Positions 16,512 through 25,498 of a DNA stretch of 64,000 bases are shown here, piece by piece (position 1 is the stretch's first letter; the number at the start of each line of letters is the position of its first letter). Source of the stretch: an uncultured bacterium (GTDB lineage: Bacteria > Fidelibacterota > Marinisomatia > Marinisomatales > TCS56); assembly GCA_964410945.1 (NCBI GenBank), contig CAYPJE010000007.1, positions 28,733-92,732 of the forward strand, given 5' to 3'. The notes below the pieces were generated by a model, which was not told the origin of the DNA, made no database searches, and saw only the letters and a program-made list of their open reading frames with translations. The position numbers and the translations under genes are program-made.

Positions 16512-17830
16512 GAATCACTTTAGTATCGCTATTCATTGTAATTGCATCATTGATGGCTTCCGATCAGATTCCGGCTGCTGCCCAGAAAAATCCGGTTCTG
16601 TTGCGTGGCGGTATCCTGCATACTGTGTCAGGTGGAATTCTTAATTCTGATATCCTGTTCCGTGAAGGTAAAATTGCTGCCATTGGGAATGCGATTGAAA
16701 CCTTTCCGTATTACGAGATAATTGACATCAAGGGGAAGCATGTATATCCCGGTTTGCTGGCAGCCAGTACCTCATTGGGGCTGGTTGAGATTGATGCGGT
16801 GCGGGCCACGCTGGACTATACTGAGGTTGGGCCGTTGAATCCCAATGTGGTGGCCGGTCTGGCTTATAATCCCGATTCTGAATCTATACCGGTGACCCGC
16901 TCCAACGGAATCTTACTGGCGAATGTCACTCAGCAATCAGGATTTCTGGCCGGTCAGTCATCATTGATGATGCTGGATGGCTGGACACATGAAGAAGCTA
17001 CTTTGGAATTGGTCGTTGGAATGAATTTGTTCTGGCCGACGGAAAAAAATGCTTGGGGTCAATATTCTCCACAGCAGTTAAAGAAAGTCCGGGAGAATAA
17101 TGAACAGAAATTGGAGAAATTGAATCTCCTGTTCGAACAGGCCCGTGCCTATCGGAAAGTGATGAAGGCAGAAAAGTCAGGAAAACGTCTGAAATCCCAG
17201 AAGCATGATCTGAAACTGGACAGTCTGATACCTGTTCTTGATAAAAAGATTCCTCTGTTGGTTCATGCAAATATGGCCCGGGAGATCGAAGCAGCAATCA
17301 ATTGGGGTTTACAACAGAATGTCAGAATCGTGATCGTCGGTGGGCATGACGCTGCCATGGTTGTCGATCTTTTGGTCGAGAACGATATCCCGGTCATCTA
17401 CAAAAAGGTCCTTGCTTTACCGGTTAAACGACATGACAGTTACGACCAGGTTTATGCAACGCCGGCTGAATTGCATGCCGCAGGAGTGAAAGTGGCGATC
17501 AGTGGCGCTAACTATGGTTTTGAAGCACCTCATCAGCGTAATCTGCCATATCAGGCCGCCCAGGCGATGGCATTTGGATTGCCAGCTGATATTGCCCTGC
17601 GCAGTATAACACTGACTCCGGCCGAGATCCTTGGGATTAATGATCGGGTTGGTTCGCTTTCGGTCGGTAAGGACGCAACTCTGTTTATTGCCAACGGTGA
17701 TATTCTGGATATTCGCACCAACGTCGAACAGGCCTATATCAGGGGGAAAAAAGTGGATATGAGTGACCGGCACAAGCAGCTGCATGCCAAATATCGGGAA
17801 AAATATCGTCAATTGGGTATCCTGGAATAA
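16508..17830 (+). CDS. secreted amidohydrolase-family protein lacking the HxH metal motif
   Basis: ATGA overlap with the upstream gene. Signal peptide present. VYPGLLAASTSLG sits at the position of the HxH motif, and the C-terminal SVGKDATLFIANGD block is typical of the family. Confidence 0.78.
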   Translation: MRITLVSLFIVIASLMASDQIPAAAQKNPVLLRGGILHTVSGGILNSDILFREGKIAAIGNAIETFPYYEIIDIKGKHVYPGLLAASTSLGLVEIDAVRATLDYTEVGPLNPNVVAGLAYNPDSESIPVTRSNGILLANVTQQSGFLAGQSSLMMLDGWTHEEATLELVVGMNLFWPTEKNAWGQYSPQQLKKVRENNEQKLEKLNLLFEQARAYRKVMKAEKSGKRLKSQKHDLKLDSLIPVLDKKIPLLVHANMAREIEAAINWGLQQNVRIVIVGGHDAAMVVDLLVENDIPVIYKKVLALPVKRHDSYDQVYATPAELHAAGVKVAISGANYGFEAPHQRNLPYQAAQAMAFGLPADIALRSITLTPAEILGINDRVGSLSVGKDATLFIANGDILDIRTNVEQAYIRGKKVDMSDRHKQLHAKYREKYRQLGILE

Positions 17831-17866
17831 AAAAAAAGCCTGGTTCCGATATGGAAACAGGCTTTT
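17829..17866. terminator. bidirectional Rho-independent terminator between convergent genes
   Basis: A-run, then agcctggttcc-gatat-ggaaacaggct (11-bp stem with one mismatch), then a T-run. Confidence 0.6.
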
Positions 17867-17885
17867 ACAGTTTAAGATTTTCTTT

Positions 17886-18677
17886 TTACGTAACCTTGAT
17901 TTTCAGGATCAGCCAGTTGAATATCCTCGGGAAGAAGCGCTTGAGATAAACCATTATCTGTTCTTTTCCGGAGATCAGTACTTCCGCTTTTCCTACAGTA
18001 ACAGCATTCAGTATCCCCTGGGCACATTCCTCAGGGGCCATTCCTTTGTCAGTGGTTTTGTCCATCACCGCGTGGGGGTTGCCGTCACCCTTCAGGGCAT
18101 TCTGCGACATATTGGTCCTGATAAATCCAGGCAGGATTACATTGACTTTGATACCATGGGTGTGGGTCTCGGCCCGCAGGGCATCGGCAAAACCCATGAC
18201 AGCGTGTTTTGAGGCCGCATAGATTGAACGCAGCCTGGTTCCGAATTTACCGGTAAGGCTGCTGATCAAAACGATATTGCCGGATTTGCGTTCCAGCATT
18301 GCCGGCAGGACGGCTTTGGTCAAGGCCACTGTTCCGAAGAAATTGGTCTCCATGATTTTACGGACCACCGACATTTCCGTATCCACGATCAGGCTGCGTT
18401 GCGAAATTCCACCGTTATTTACCAGAATATCCGGTGTGCCAATTTTATCAAGCACGTATTGGGCTTGTTCGAAAATCCCTTTTTCATCCAGCAGATCAAG
18501 TGGGACAATATGATGTTTCTCAGGATTTTTGCATTCCTGTCGCACGGCTTCCAGTTCGGATTCGCGGCGGGATGACAGGATAACAGTGGCACCGGTGCGG
18601 CTGAAGGCGATTGCCGTGGCCTTTCCAATTCCGGAAGAAGCTCCGGTAATCCAGACTAATTGATTGTTAAAGGCCAT
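17886..18677 (-). CDS. SDR-family short-chain dehydrogenase/reductase
   Basis: TGASSGIGKA cofactor motif, NNGG, and catalytic YAASKHAV (YxxxK). Confidence 0.9.
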   Translation of the reverse strand: MAFNNQLVWITGASSGIGKATAIAFSRTGATVILSSRRESELEAVRQECKNPEKHHIVPLDLLDEKGIFEQAQYVLDKIGTPDILVNNGGISQRSLIVDTEMSVVRKIMETNFFGTVALTKAVLPAMLERKSGNIVLISSLTGKFGTRLRSIYAASKHAVMGFADALRAETHTHGIKVNVILPGFIRTNMSQNALKGDGNPHAVMDKTTDKGMAPEECAQGILNAVTVGKAEVLISGKEQIMVYLKRFFPRIFNWLILKIKVT

Positions 18678-18694
18678 TTTTCCCCTGCAGCTAT

Positions 18695-19888
18695 TTAATT
18701 ATCCAGTAGTTCGCGTACCTTTTCAGCCAGATCGTTCATTTTAAACGGCTTCTGTAAGAGAACTGTATTCTCTCTGGCAGCATGATTACGGATAATGAAC
18801 TCCGATGCATAGCCAGTGATAAAAATATAATTGATTTCCGGGTCATCGGCTGATATTTTCGCGAACAGGTCAAGTCCGTTCATCTCCGGCATGATTATAT
18901 CCGAAATTACAAGGTTGATATCCGATGAATGTTCCCGGTAAAGATCCAGAGCTTGTTTACCGTCGACTGCAACAATTACCCGATAGCCATACTGTCTCAG
19001 GATAGTATTCATTATCTGGAGTAGATCTTTTTCATCTTCGACGATCAGAATTGTTTCCGTGCCGCCAACCAAAGGTGTAACGTCCTGCTCAACTGCTTCC
19101 TCCTGGACCTGTGAAACCGGGAAGTAGATTTTGAATGTTGTGCCACTTTCATCAGGGCTTTCCAGTTCAATGATCCCATTATGTTGTCGGATCAATCCGT
19201 AAACGACTGATAATCCCAGTCCGGGATTCCGGGCGGGATTTTTGGTAGAGAAAAATGGTTCAAAGATCCGCTGGCGGTCAGATTCCTTGATGCCCGATCC
19301 GGTATCGGAAACAGTCAGGCAGATATATTCTCCGGGAACGGCACTGGAATAATTGCGGCAGAAAGTTTCATCCAAATCCACTTTCTGGGTCTCAAATCTC
19401 AATTCTCCGCCATCGGGCATGGCGTCACTGGCATTCAGGCATAACTGGGATAAAATCGTATCCAGGGCCAGTGAATCGGCATTGATCTGAGGTAATTCAT
19501 AGCCCAGATCGGTTATCACGTCTACCTCGGTTCCAATGGAATTACTCAGGTAAATGATCGAATCGTGGATGACATTGTTTAGATCAACAGGAGTATAATT
19601 GAGGGTTTGCTTGCTGCTGAACGCCAACAGGTGCTGGGTCAGGTTAGCCGCCTGATCGCAAGCATCAATAATATTATTCAAATATTTTTTTAATTCCTTG
19701 GGATCGTTGGTTTGCATCAGGGCCAATTCGGCATAACCAAGTATCGAGCTGAGTTTATTGTTAAAACTGTGAGCGATATTCCCACTCAACTTGCCAGCGA
19801 TTTCCATCTTGGCTTTCAGGGAAACTTCATGTTCCTCAGCGGAATCTAAACTGGGATTGAGGTCTGAATTATTTTTATCTGCGGTCAT
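18695..19888 (-). CDS. hybrid sensor histidine kinase/response regulator without obvious input domain
   Basis: H-box IAHSFNNKLSSILGYAEL, HATPase N/G boxes (NASDAMP, DTGSGI) and a C-terminal receiver (ILIVEDE...VISDIIMPEMNG...K). The start is ambiguous: 19888, 19903 or 19957. Confidence 0.85.
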   Translation of the reverse strand: MTADKNNSDLNPSLDSAEEHEVSLKAKMEIAGKLSGNIAHSFNNKLSSILGYAELALMQTNDPKELKKYLNNIIDACDQAANLTQHLLAFSSKQTLNYTPVDLNNVIHDSIIYLSNSIGTEVDVITDLGYELPQINADSLALDTILSQLCLNASDAMPDGGELRFETQKVDLDETFCRNYSSAVPGEYICLTVSDTGSGIKESDRQRIFEPFFSTKNPARNPGLGLSVVYGLIRQHNGIIELESPDESGTTFKIYFPVSQVQEEAVEQDVTPLVGGTETILIVEDEKDLLQIMNTILRQYGYRVIVAVDGKQALDLYREHSSDINLVISDIIMPEMNGLDLFAKISADDPEINYIFITGYASEFIIRNHAARENTVLLQKPFKMNDLAEKVRELLDN

Positions 19889-20108
19889 TTTTAAATCACC
19901 CATTTTCAACTGGAATAAACTGCATCCTGTTGCATGATGCGCGGCCGGAATATACACAGATTTAATTAAGGATGGGCAGATTTGAAAGGAATTATCAAGT
20001 TGAATGTCATGCCATGGATCAGACTAACCATGGGGAACAAATTCATACGATTTGATTATTTACTTTTTAATTTGTCGCCTCTGTAAAATTAGAAAATTAC
20101 CACTTTAA

Positions 20109-20903
20109 ATGAACCAAGCAACGACTGGGATAATCTTCGATATTAAACGGTTCGCGATTCACGATGGACCGGGTATTCGGACAACCGTGTTCTTTAAGGG
20201 ATGCCCGTTGGCCTGCTGGTGGTGTCATAATCCGGAGAGCCGGAATCCTGATATCGAACAATTCCCAACGATCAAACAGGATGTTGAAACTACACAGACT
20301 ATAGGTTATAAGGTATCAGTTGAAGAGGTTGTGGCTGAGATCAAACGTGATGTTGTATTTTATGATGAATCGGGAGGAGGGGTTACATTTTCTGGCGGGG
20401 AACCGCTGTTCCAGCCGACCTTCCTGGTCGAATTATTGGCTGCCTGCCAGTCGATCGGTATTCACACCTGTATTGATACTTCCGGATATTGCGAGCAAGA
20501 TATTCTGGAGAATATGATTGATCATACGGATTTATTTTTATTTGATCTGAAGTTAATGAACGCCCGGGATCACGAGATCCATACCGGTGTTCCGGGAGCT
20601 AATGTTATCGCTAACCTTGAATTCCTGTTAATGCGGAAAGCCAATTTGCAGATTCGCATTCCACTGATTCCTGGAATTACCGATGGCAGGGAAAACCTGG
20701 AAGACATGGCAAAATATATTTCACATTTTAATTTGAATCATGATATCGCTTTGCTGCCATTTAATTTATTTGCACAGAATAAATTTCATAAATTCCAGCT
20801 GAATAATCGATTAACGGCGATGAAATCACAATCGGCTGCTGAATTGGAGAGACTGGTGGATATTTTCAGGGGGTATAATCTGAATGTGACTATTGGAGGA
20901 TGA
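20109..20903 (+). CDS. glycyl-radical enzyme activating protein (radical SAM), short form without ferredoxin-like insert
   Basis: The N-terminal FDIKRFAIHDGPGIRTTVFFKGCPLACWWCHNPES carries the CX3CX2C radical-SAM motif, followed by SGGEP. Only three further isolated Cys residues and no CX2CX2CX3C motif. Length 264 aa. Confidence 0.9.
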   Translation: MNQATTGIIFDIKRFAIHDGPGIRTTVFFKGCPLACWWCHNPESRNPDIEQFPTIKQDVETTQTIGYKVSVEEVVAEIKRDVVFYDESGGGVTFSGGEPLFQPTFLVELLAACQSIGIHTCIDTSGYCEQDILENMIDHTDLFLFDLKLMNARDHEIHTGVPGANVIANLEFLLMRKANLQIRIPLIPGITDGRENLEDMAKYISHFNLNHDIALLPFNLFAQNKFHKFQLNNRLTAMKSQSAAELERLVDIFRGYNLNVTIGG

Positions 20904-20907
20904 CCCG

Positions 20908-23271
20908 ATGAATGCGCGAATTTCCCAACTTCGAAAAAAAAGCATTGAAGCAGTTCCCAGTATATCTCTTGAGCGGGCAGAGTTGATTACTGAGTTTTAC
21001 CAGACCGTTCGGAGCAACAAAAAATCGGTCCCTGTTACCAGGGCACTGGCATTCAAATACCTGCTTGAGAATAAGCGAATTTATATCAATCCCAACGAAC
21101 TGATCGTAGGCGAACGGGGGCCGGCTCCCAAAGCAACTCCTACTTATCCTGAAATCTGCTCCCACTCGATGGAAGATCTTGATATCCTGGATTCGAGAGA
21201 AAAAATACCTTTCAAATCAAGTGCTGAGATTAAGGCCACCCAACAGAAAACGATTGCACCATTCTGGACGGGCCAATCCTTACGTGATAAAATATTTTCC
21301 GAAGTTGACCAGGAGTGGAAGGATGCCTATCAGGCCGGTATCTTTACCGAATTCATGGAGCAACGCGCACCGGGGCATACGGTAATGGATGATAAGATCT
21401 ATCATAAGGGTATGAATGATTTTATCCGCGATATTGAAACTTCGATGAGCAACCTGGATTCTGTTTCCGATCCGGAAGCTCCAGGGAAACGTGAAGAACT
21501 GAAGGCGATGAAAATTGCCGCCGAAGCAATCATCACTTATGCCAGACGACACGCCGAACAGGCTGAAGCTCTGGCAATATCGGAACCGGATCAGGAACGC
21601 AAAACCGAGCTGCAGCAGATTGCAGCTATCTGCCGGAAAGTCCCGGCTGACAAACCTGAAACACTCTGGGAAGCGTTGCAGTATTACTGGTTCGTCCATC
21701 TGGGAGTGATTATTGAATTGAATACCTGGGATTCTTTCAATCCGGGCCGCCTGGATCAGCATCTGTTCCCTTTCTATCAGGAAGATCTGGCCAAAGGCAG
21801 ACTGAATGAATCGCAGGTTCGTGAATTGTTACAGGCGTTTTGGATCAAGTTCAATAACCAGCCGGCTCCACCAAAAGTTGGTGTAACGGCCAAAGAGAGT
21901 AATACCTATACTGATTTTTGCCTGATCAACGTTGGTGGTGTTGGGAAAGATGGCCAAGATGTCAGCAATGAACTCTCATATCTTATTCTGGATGTAATTG
22001 AAGAAATGCGCCTGCTTCAGCCCAGTTCGATGGTACAGGTCAGTCAGAAAACACCGGATGCACTACTGCAGCGGGCACTGAGAATTATAAAAACCGGTTA
22101 CGGGCAGCCATCATTGTTCAATACCGATGCAATAGTACCGGAGCTGGTTCGCCAGGGTAAATCATTATCTGATGCGCGGTTGGGAGGAGCAAGTGGTTGT
22201 GTTGAAGCAGGTGCATTCGGCAAGGAAAGCTATATCCTGACGGGCTATTTTAACCTGGTAAAAATTCTCGAGATCACACTCAATAATGGCTTTGACCCGC
22301 AGAGTGGAAAAAAAATTGGATTGTCAACCGGTGATTCCCGGGAGTTCGATTCCTTTAACCGGTTGTACTTGGCCTATGAGCGTCAGTTGAATCATTTCAT
22401 CGCTGTAAAAATCAGGGGTAATCTGATTATAGAACGCCTGTGGGCCCGGAATCTGCCGGCGCCCTTTATGTCAATCCTGATCGATGACTGCATCGCTACC
22501 GGCAGCGATTATAACAATGGCGGCGCACGCTATAATTCATCCTATGTACAGGGGGTAGGGCTGGGATCGATCACCGATTCGTTGTCGGCATTGAAATATC
22601 ATGTCTACGATCAGAAAACCATTTCTATGGATGGCATGCTCCAGGCGATTCAAAATGATTTTAATGGGCAAGAATTCCTGCGAAGCCGACTTATTGATGA
22701 AACTCCGCACTGGGGCAATGATGATGATCGCGCCGATGATCTGGCCCGGAAGGTGTTTGAATCATTTTTCAAGGCTGTCGATGGAATCCCGAATACCAAA
22801 GGCGGACATTACCGTATCAATCTATTGCCAACTACATCCCATGTCTATTTTGGCAGTGTCGTAGGGGCGACACCGGATGGGAGACAGGCCCGGCAGCCAT
22901 TATCCGAAGGAATATCACCCGTACAGGGGAATGACCGGAAAGGTCCGACGGCAGTTCTGAAATCGGCAGGGAAAATAGATCATATACGGACTGGTGGCAC
23001 GCTGCTTAATCAGAAATTCACCCCTCAGTTAATGGCCGATGATGTTAGTTTGGGTAAGATCGGCAGTTTGGTGCGCGCCTACTTCAAAATGAATGGTCAT
23101 CATATCCAGTTTAATGTAGTGTCAGTCGATACTTTACGGAAGGCACAGGCAAATCCTGAAGCATACCGTGACTTGATAGTGCGGGTGGCCGGATACAGTG
23201 ATTATTTTGTCGATCTGACCGAGGAGTTGCAGGAAGAAATCATCCGGCGGACCGAACATTTTTCAAATTAA
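20908..23271 (+). CDS. glycyl radical enzyme, dehydratase/eliminase (PFL2/glycerol-dehydratase-like) class, substrate unknown
   Basis: Glycyl loop RVAGYSDYF near the C-terminus. The thiyl loop GGASGCVEAG has a single Cys with Glu at +2, not the CC of pyruvate formate-lyase. The ATG at 20908 is preceded by GGAGGA. Confidence 0.9.
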   Translation: MNARISQLRKKSIEAVPSISLERAELITEFYQTVRSNKKSVPVTRALAFKYLLENKRIYINPNELIVGERGPAPKATPTYPEICSHSMEDLDILDSREKIPFKSSAEIKATQQKTIAPFWTGQSLRDKIFSEVDQEWKDAYQAGIFTEFMEQRAPGHTVMDDKIYHKGMNDFIRDIETSMSNLDSVSDPEAPGKREELKAMKIAAEAIITYARRHAEQAEALAISEPDQERKTELQQIAAICRKVPADKPETLWEALQYYWFVHLGVIIELNTWDSFNPGRLDQHLFPFYQEDLAKGRLNESQVRELLQAFWIKFNNQPAPPKVGVTAKESNTYTDFCLINVGGVGKDGQDVSNELSYLILDVIEEMRLLQPSSMVQVSQKTPDALLQRALRIIKTGYGQPSLFNTDAIVPELVRQGKSLSDARLGGASGCVEAGAFGKESYILTGYFNLVKILEITLNNGFDPQSGKKIGLSTGDSREFDSFNRLYLAYERQLNHFIAVKIRGNLIIERLWARNLPAPFMSILIDDCIATGSDYNNGGARYNSSYVQGVGLGSITDSLSALKYHVYDQKTISMDGMLQAIQNDFNGQEFLRSRLIDETPHWGNDDDRADDLARKVFESFFKAVDGIPNTKGGHYRINLLPTTSHVYFGSVVGATPDGRQARQPLSEGISPVQGNDRKGPTAVLKSAGKIDHIRTGGTLLNQKFTPQLMADDVSLGKIGSLVRAYFKMNGHHIQFNVVSVDTLRKAQANPEAYRDLIVRVAGYSDYFVDLTEELQEEIIRRTEHFSN

Positions 23272-23277
23272 TTATTG

Positions 23278-23607
23278 TCAGGTATGAGCTGGAACAACAG
23301 TATGCAGTAAATCAAGGATTTTTGCATCGATTATTATCAGGGTATGAGTAAGGTAAGTTGCTGAATTCTGTTCCGGGTCGGGACCATTTTCCAAATCGAC
23401 CAATTCCTCCAGATAGCCGCTGTTTTTATTATGAAGTGTTTCGATTAATTGGCGTCTGGTTTCCAGCAGTGCTTCAAAGGTTTTATTGCTCCCTGACCAA
23501 TCTTTGATCAGGTATTCGTCTATGTGCTCAATCACCGAATTAAAATATTCACGTTCCTCATACAGTAGTTGCTGAATAGAGTGCTCGGATGTGATGGGTG
23601 AGTACAT
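23278..23607 (-). CDS. hypothetical acidic helical protein
   Basis: 109-aa ORF convergent with the GRE gene. No recognisable motif. Confidence 0.4.
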   Translation of the reverse strand: MYSPITSEHSIQQLLYEEREYFNSVIEHIDEYLIKDWSGSNKTFEALLETRRQLIETLHNKNSGYLEELVDLENGPDPEQNSATYLTHTLIIIDAKILDLLHTVVPAHT

Positions 23608-23922
23608 TGTTTTTCTTTATGGTTTAGTTTTTATTTACTTTCCTTTTTATTCAGCGCACTTATTTCTCCTATCGTAATAATCGGTGCCCGGATCAATGAC
23701 TTTATTATATTGTTGAAATCATTTGAAAAAGAATTTATTTGTGACAGGATTCGATTAAATGGGCTAAAATTGTAGAAAATAGTGCAGTATTGAAGAAAGA
23801 TTGACAACATTCATAGTTGTCGCCATAGACGACATTCGCGTACTATGATATAATAAAAATATCGCTGGAAGCTGGAACCGATTAATTGTATTTTTCTGAC
23901 AGTTGTAACAGGATTTGTTTGC

Positions 23923-24306
23923 ATGAAGAAGAAAATATTGATCGTAGATGACCTGGAATCCATCCGTGATTTGATGCGGGATGCTTTCTTTAAAGTTGGC
24001 TATGATGTTTTTACCGCCGATAGCGCTGAAGAAGCCCTCCCGCTGATCAAAAAGGAGAATATTCAGGTACATTATTTTGATCTTCACCTGCCGGGGATGA
24101 ACGGGATTGAATTATGCCGGGAAGTACGTACGCAACGTTCGGTGGATTTGATTTACGCCATGACCGGTCATCCTTCTATTTATGCCCTGGTTGAATGCCG
24201 CGAAGCCGGTTTTGACGATTATTTCATCAAGCCATTCGATCTGCGAATTATAATGGATAATACACAACGGGCCTTTGATACCATAAAACGCTGGAAGCGA
24301 CAGTAG
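23923..24306 (+). CDS. stand-alone response-regulator receiver protein (CheY-like)
   Basis: KKILIVDD, phospho-acceptor context YFDLHLPGMNG, and a conserved Lys in FIKPF. Length 127 aa, no output domain. Confidence 0.85.
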   Translation: MKKKILIVDDLESIRDLMRDAFFKVGYDVFTADSAEEALPLIKKENIQVHYFDLHLPGMNGIELCREVRTQRSVDLIYAMTGHPSIYALVECREAGFDDYFIKPFDLRIIMDNTQRAFDTIKRWKRQ

Positions 24307-24371
24307 AAATTCTGTTTATTGTTTTATTAATCCTGTTCAAACACCAACTGTAATATGGACCCGGCTTGCAT

Positions 24372-24875
24372 ATGGCATCGGTTTGGCTGACCTTTTCTCA
24401 GAATGATGATGATTACCTGAGTCAAGTAATCAGTGAACTGGCGCTTCAGAATGAAGCACCGCCCTTTAAACCGCACCTTACTGTCTATGGATCTTTGAAT
24501 TTGAAGGTCGATACAATTAATAATCGCCTGCGATCCTTATTCGAAGACCAGGTATGTTTCGAAATCAACTGCCAGCAGGTGCAGCATAGTTCAAATCTTT
24601 GGAAAACAGTATACCTGAAGATGGAAATGAATCAGGACCTGAAACAGATTTATCATAACCTGACAGAAATCTTCGGATCAGAGTCACATTATAAGTTTGA
24701 TCCCCATATAAGTTTGATCTATGCGCAACTGGAACGTCCAGACAGGGAAAAAATTTGCCGAAAGGCCGCCAGTGAAATGAAAATGAATTACCAGGTATGC
24801 GGCTTGTCAATTGTCGATACCGGTATTTCGATTGAAAACTGGAAAACTCAGCATAACTGCATTTTCTCAAATTGA
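24372..24875 (+). CDS. 2H phosphoesterase superfamily protein (LigT/cyclic phosphodiesterase-like)
   Basis: Two HxT/S motifs, KPHLTVYG and DPHISLIY, at the spacing typical of 2H enzymes. Confidence 0.7.
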   Translation: MASVWLTFSQNDDDYLSQVISELALQNEAPPFKPHLTVYGSLNLKVDTINNRLRSLFEDQVCFEINCQQVQHSSNLWKTVYLKMEMNQDLKQIYHNLTEIFGSESHYKFDPHISLIYAQLERPDREKICRKAASEMKMNYQVCGLSIVDTGISIENWKTQHNCIFSN

Positions 24876-24891
24876 ATGATTGGAATGAAAA

Positions 24892-25431
24892 ATGTTAAAA
24901 AGTGATTCTACCGTGCTTTTAGTAATTGATATCCAGGGTAAACTGGCGGAGATTGTCCACAAGAGTAAATACCTGATCCAAAATGCCGCGGCAATGATTA
25001 ATGGCGCCCGGCTATTTGATATTCCGATTATCTGGACCGAACAGACTCCCGATAAAATTGGTGCCACAATCCCTGAGCTGAATCAGATCTTAGAAATCCA
25101 GGAACCAATAATAAAAAAAACCTTCAGTTGCTGCGGCGATCCCGGTTTTATCGATGCGCTGAAGGCAACAGGGAAGAAGCAGGTCATGGTCACCGGGATA
25201 GAAACCCATGTTTGTGTGTATCAAACAGTGATGGATTTACTCGATATGGGATACGAGGTGGAAGTCATCGCCGATGCTGTTTCTTCAAGATTCAAACATA
25301 ATAAGCAGATCGGGCTGGATAAAATGATGGCAGCCGGGGCCGGGATTTCTTCGGTTGAAATGGCCTTGTTTGAATTGCAGGTGGCAGTGGATAACGACCG
25401 CTTTAAACAACTGATTAAACTGATCAAGTAG
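24892..25431 (+). CDS. isochorismatase-family cysteine hydrolase
   Basis: LLVIDIQ N-terminal strand and VTGIETHVCVYQT with the catalytic Cys. Confidence 0.85.
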   Translation: MLKSDSTVLLVIDIQGKLAEIVHKSKYLIQNAAAMINGARLFDIPIIWTEQTPDKIGATIPELNQILEIQEPIIKKTFSCCGDPGFIDALKATGKKQVMVTGIETHVCVYQTVMDLLDMGYEVEVIADAVSSRFKHNKQIGLDKMMAAGAGISSVEMALFELQVAVDNDRFKQLIKLIK

Positions 25432-25498
25432 GGGTAATTAAAATCAGCTTCCAATTGTGGACAAATTTTGTAAATTCTTCCACCGAGGTAGACTGGGA

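Noticed and set aside
17763-18212. 149-aa plus-strand ORF
   Set aside because: It spans the terminator and runs antisense to the SDR gene, which has clear TGxxxGxG and YxxxK motifs.
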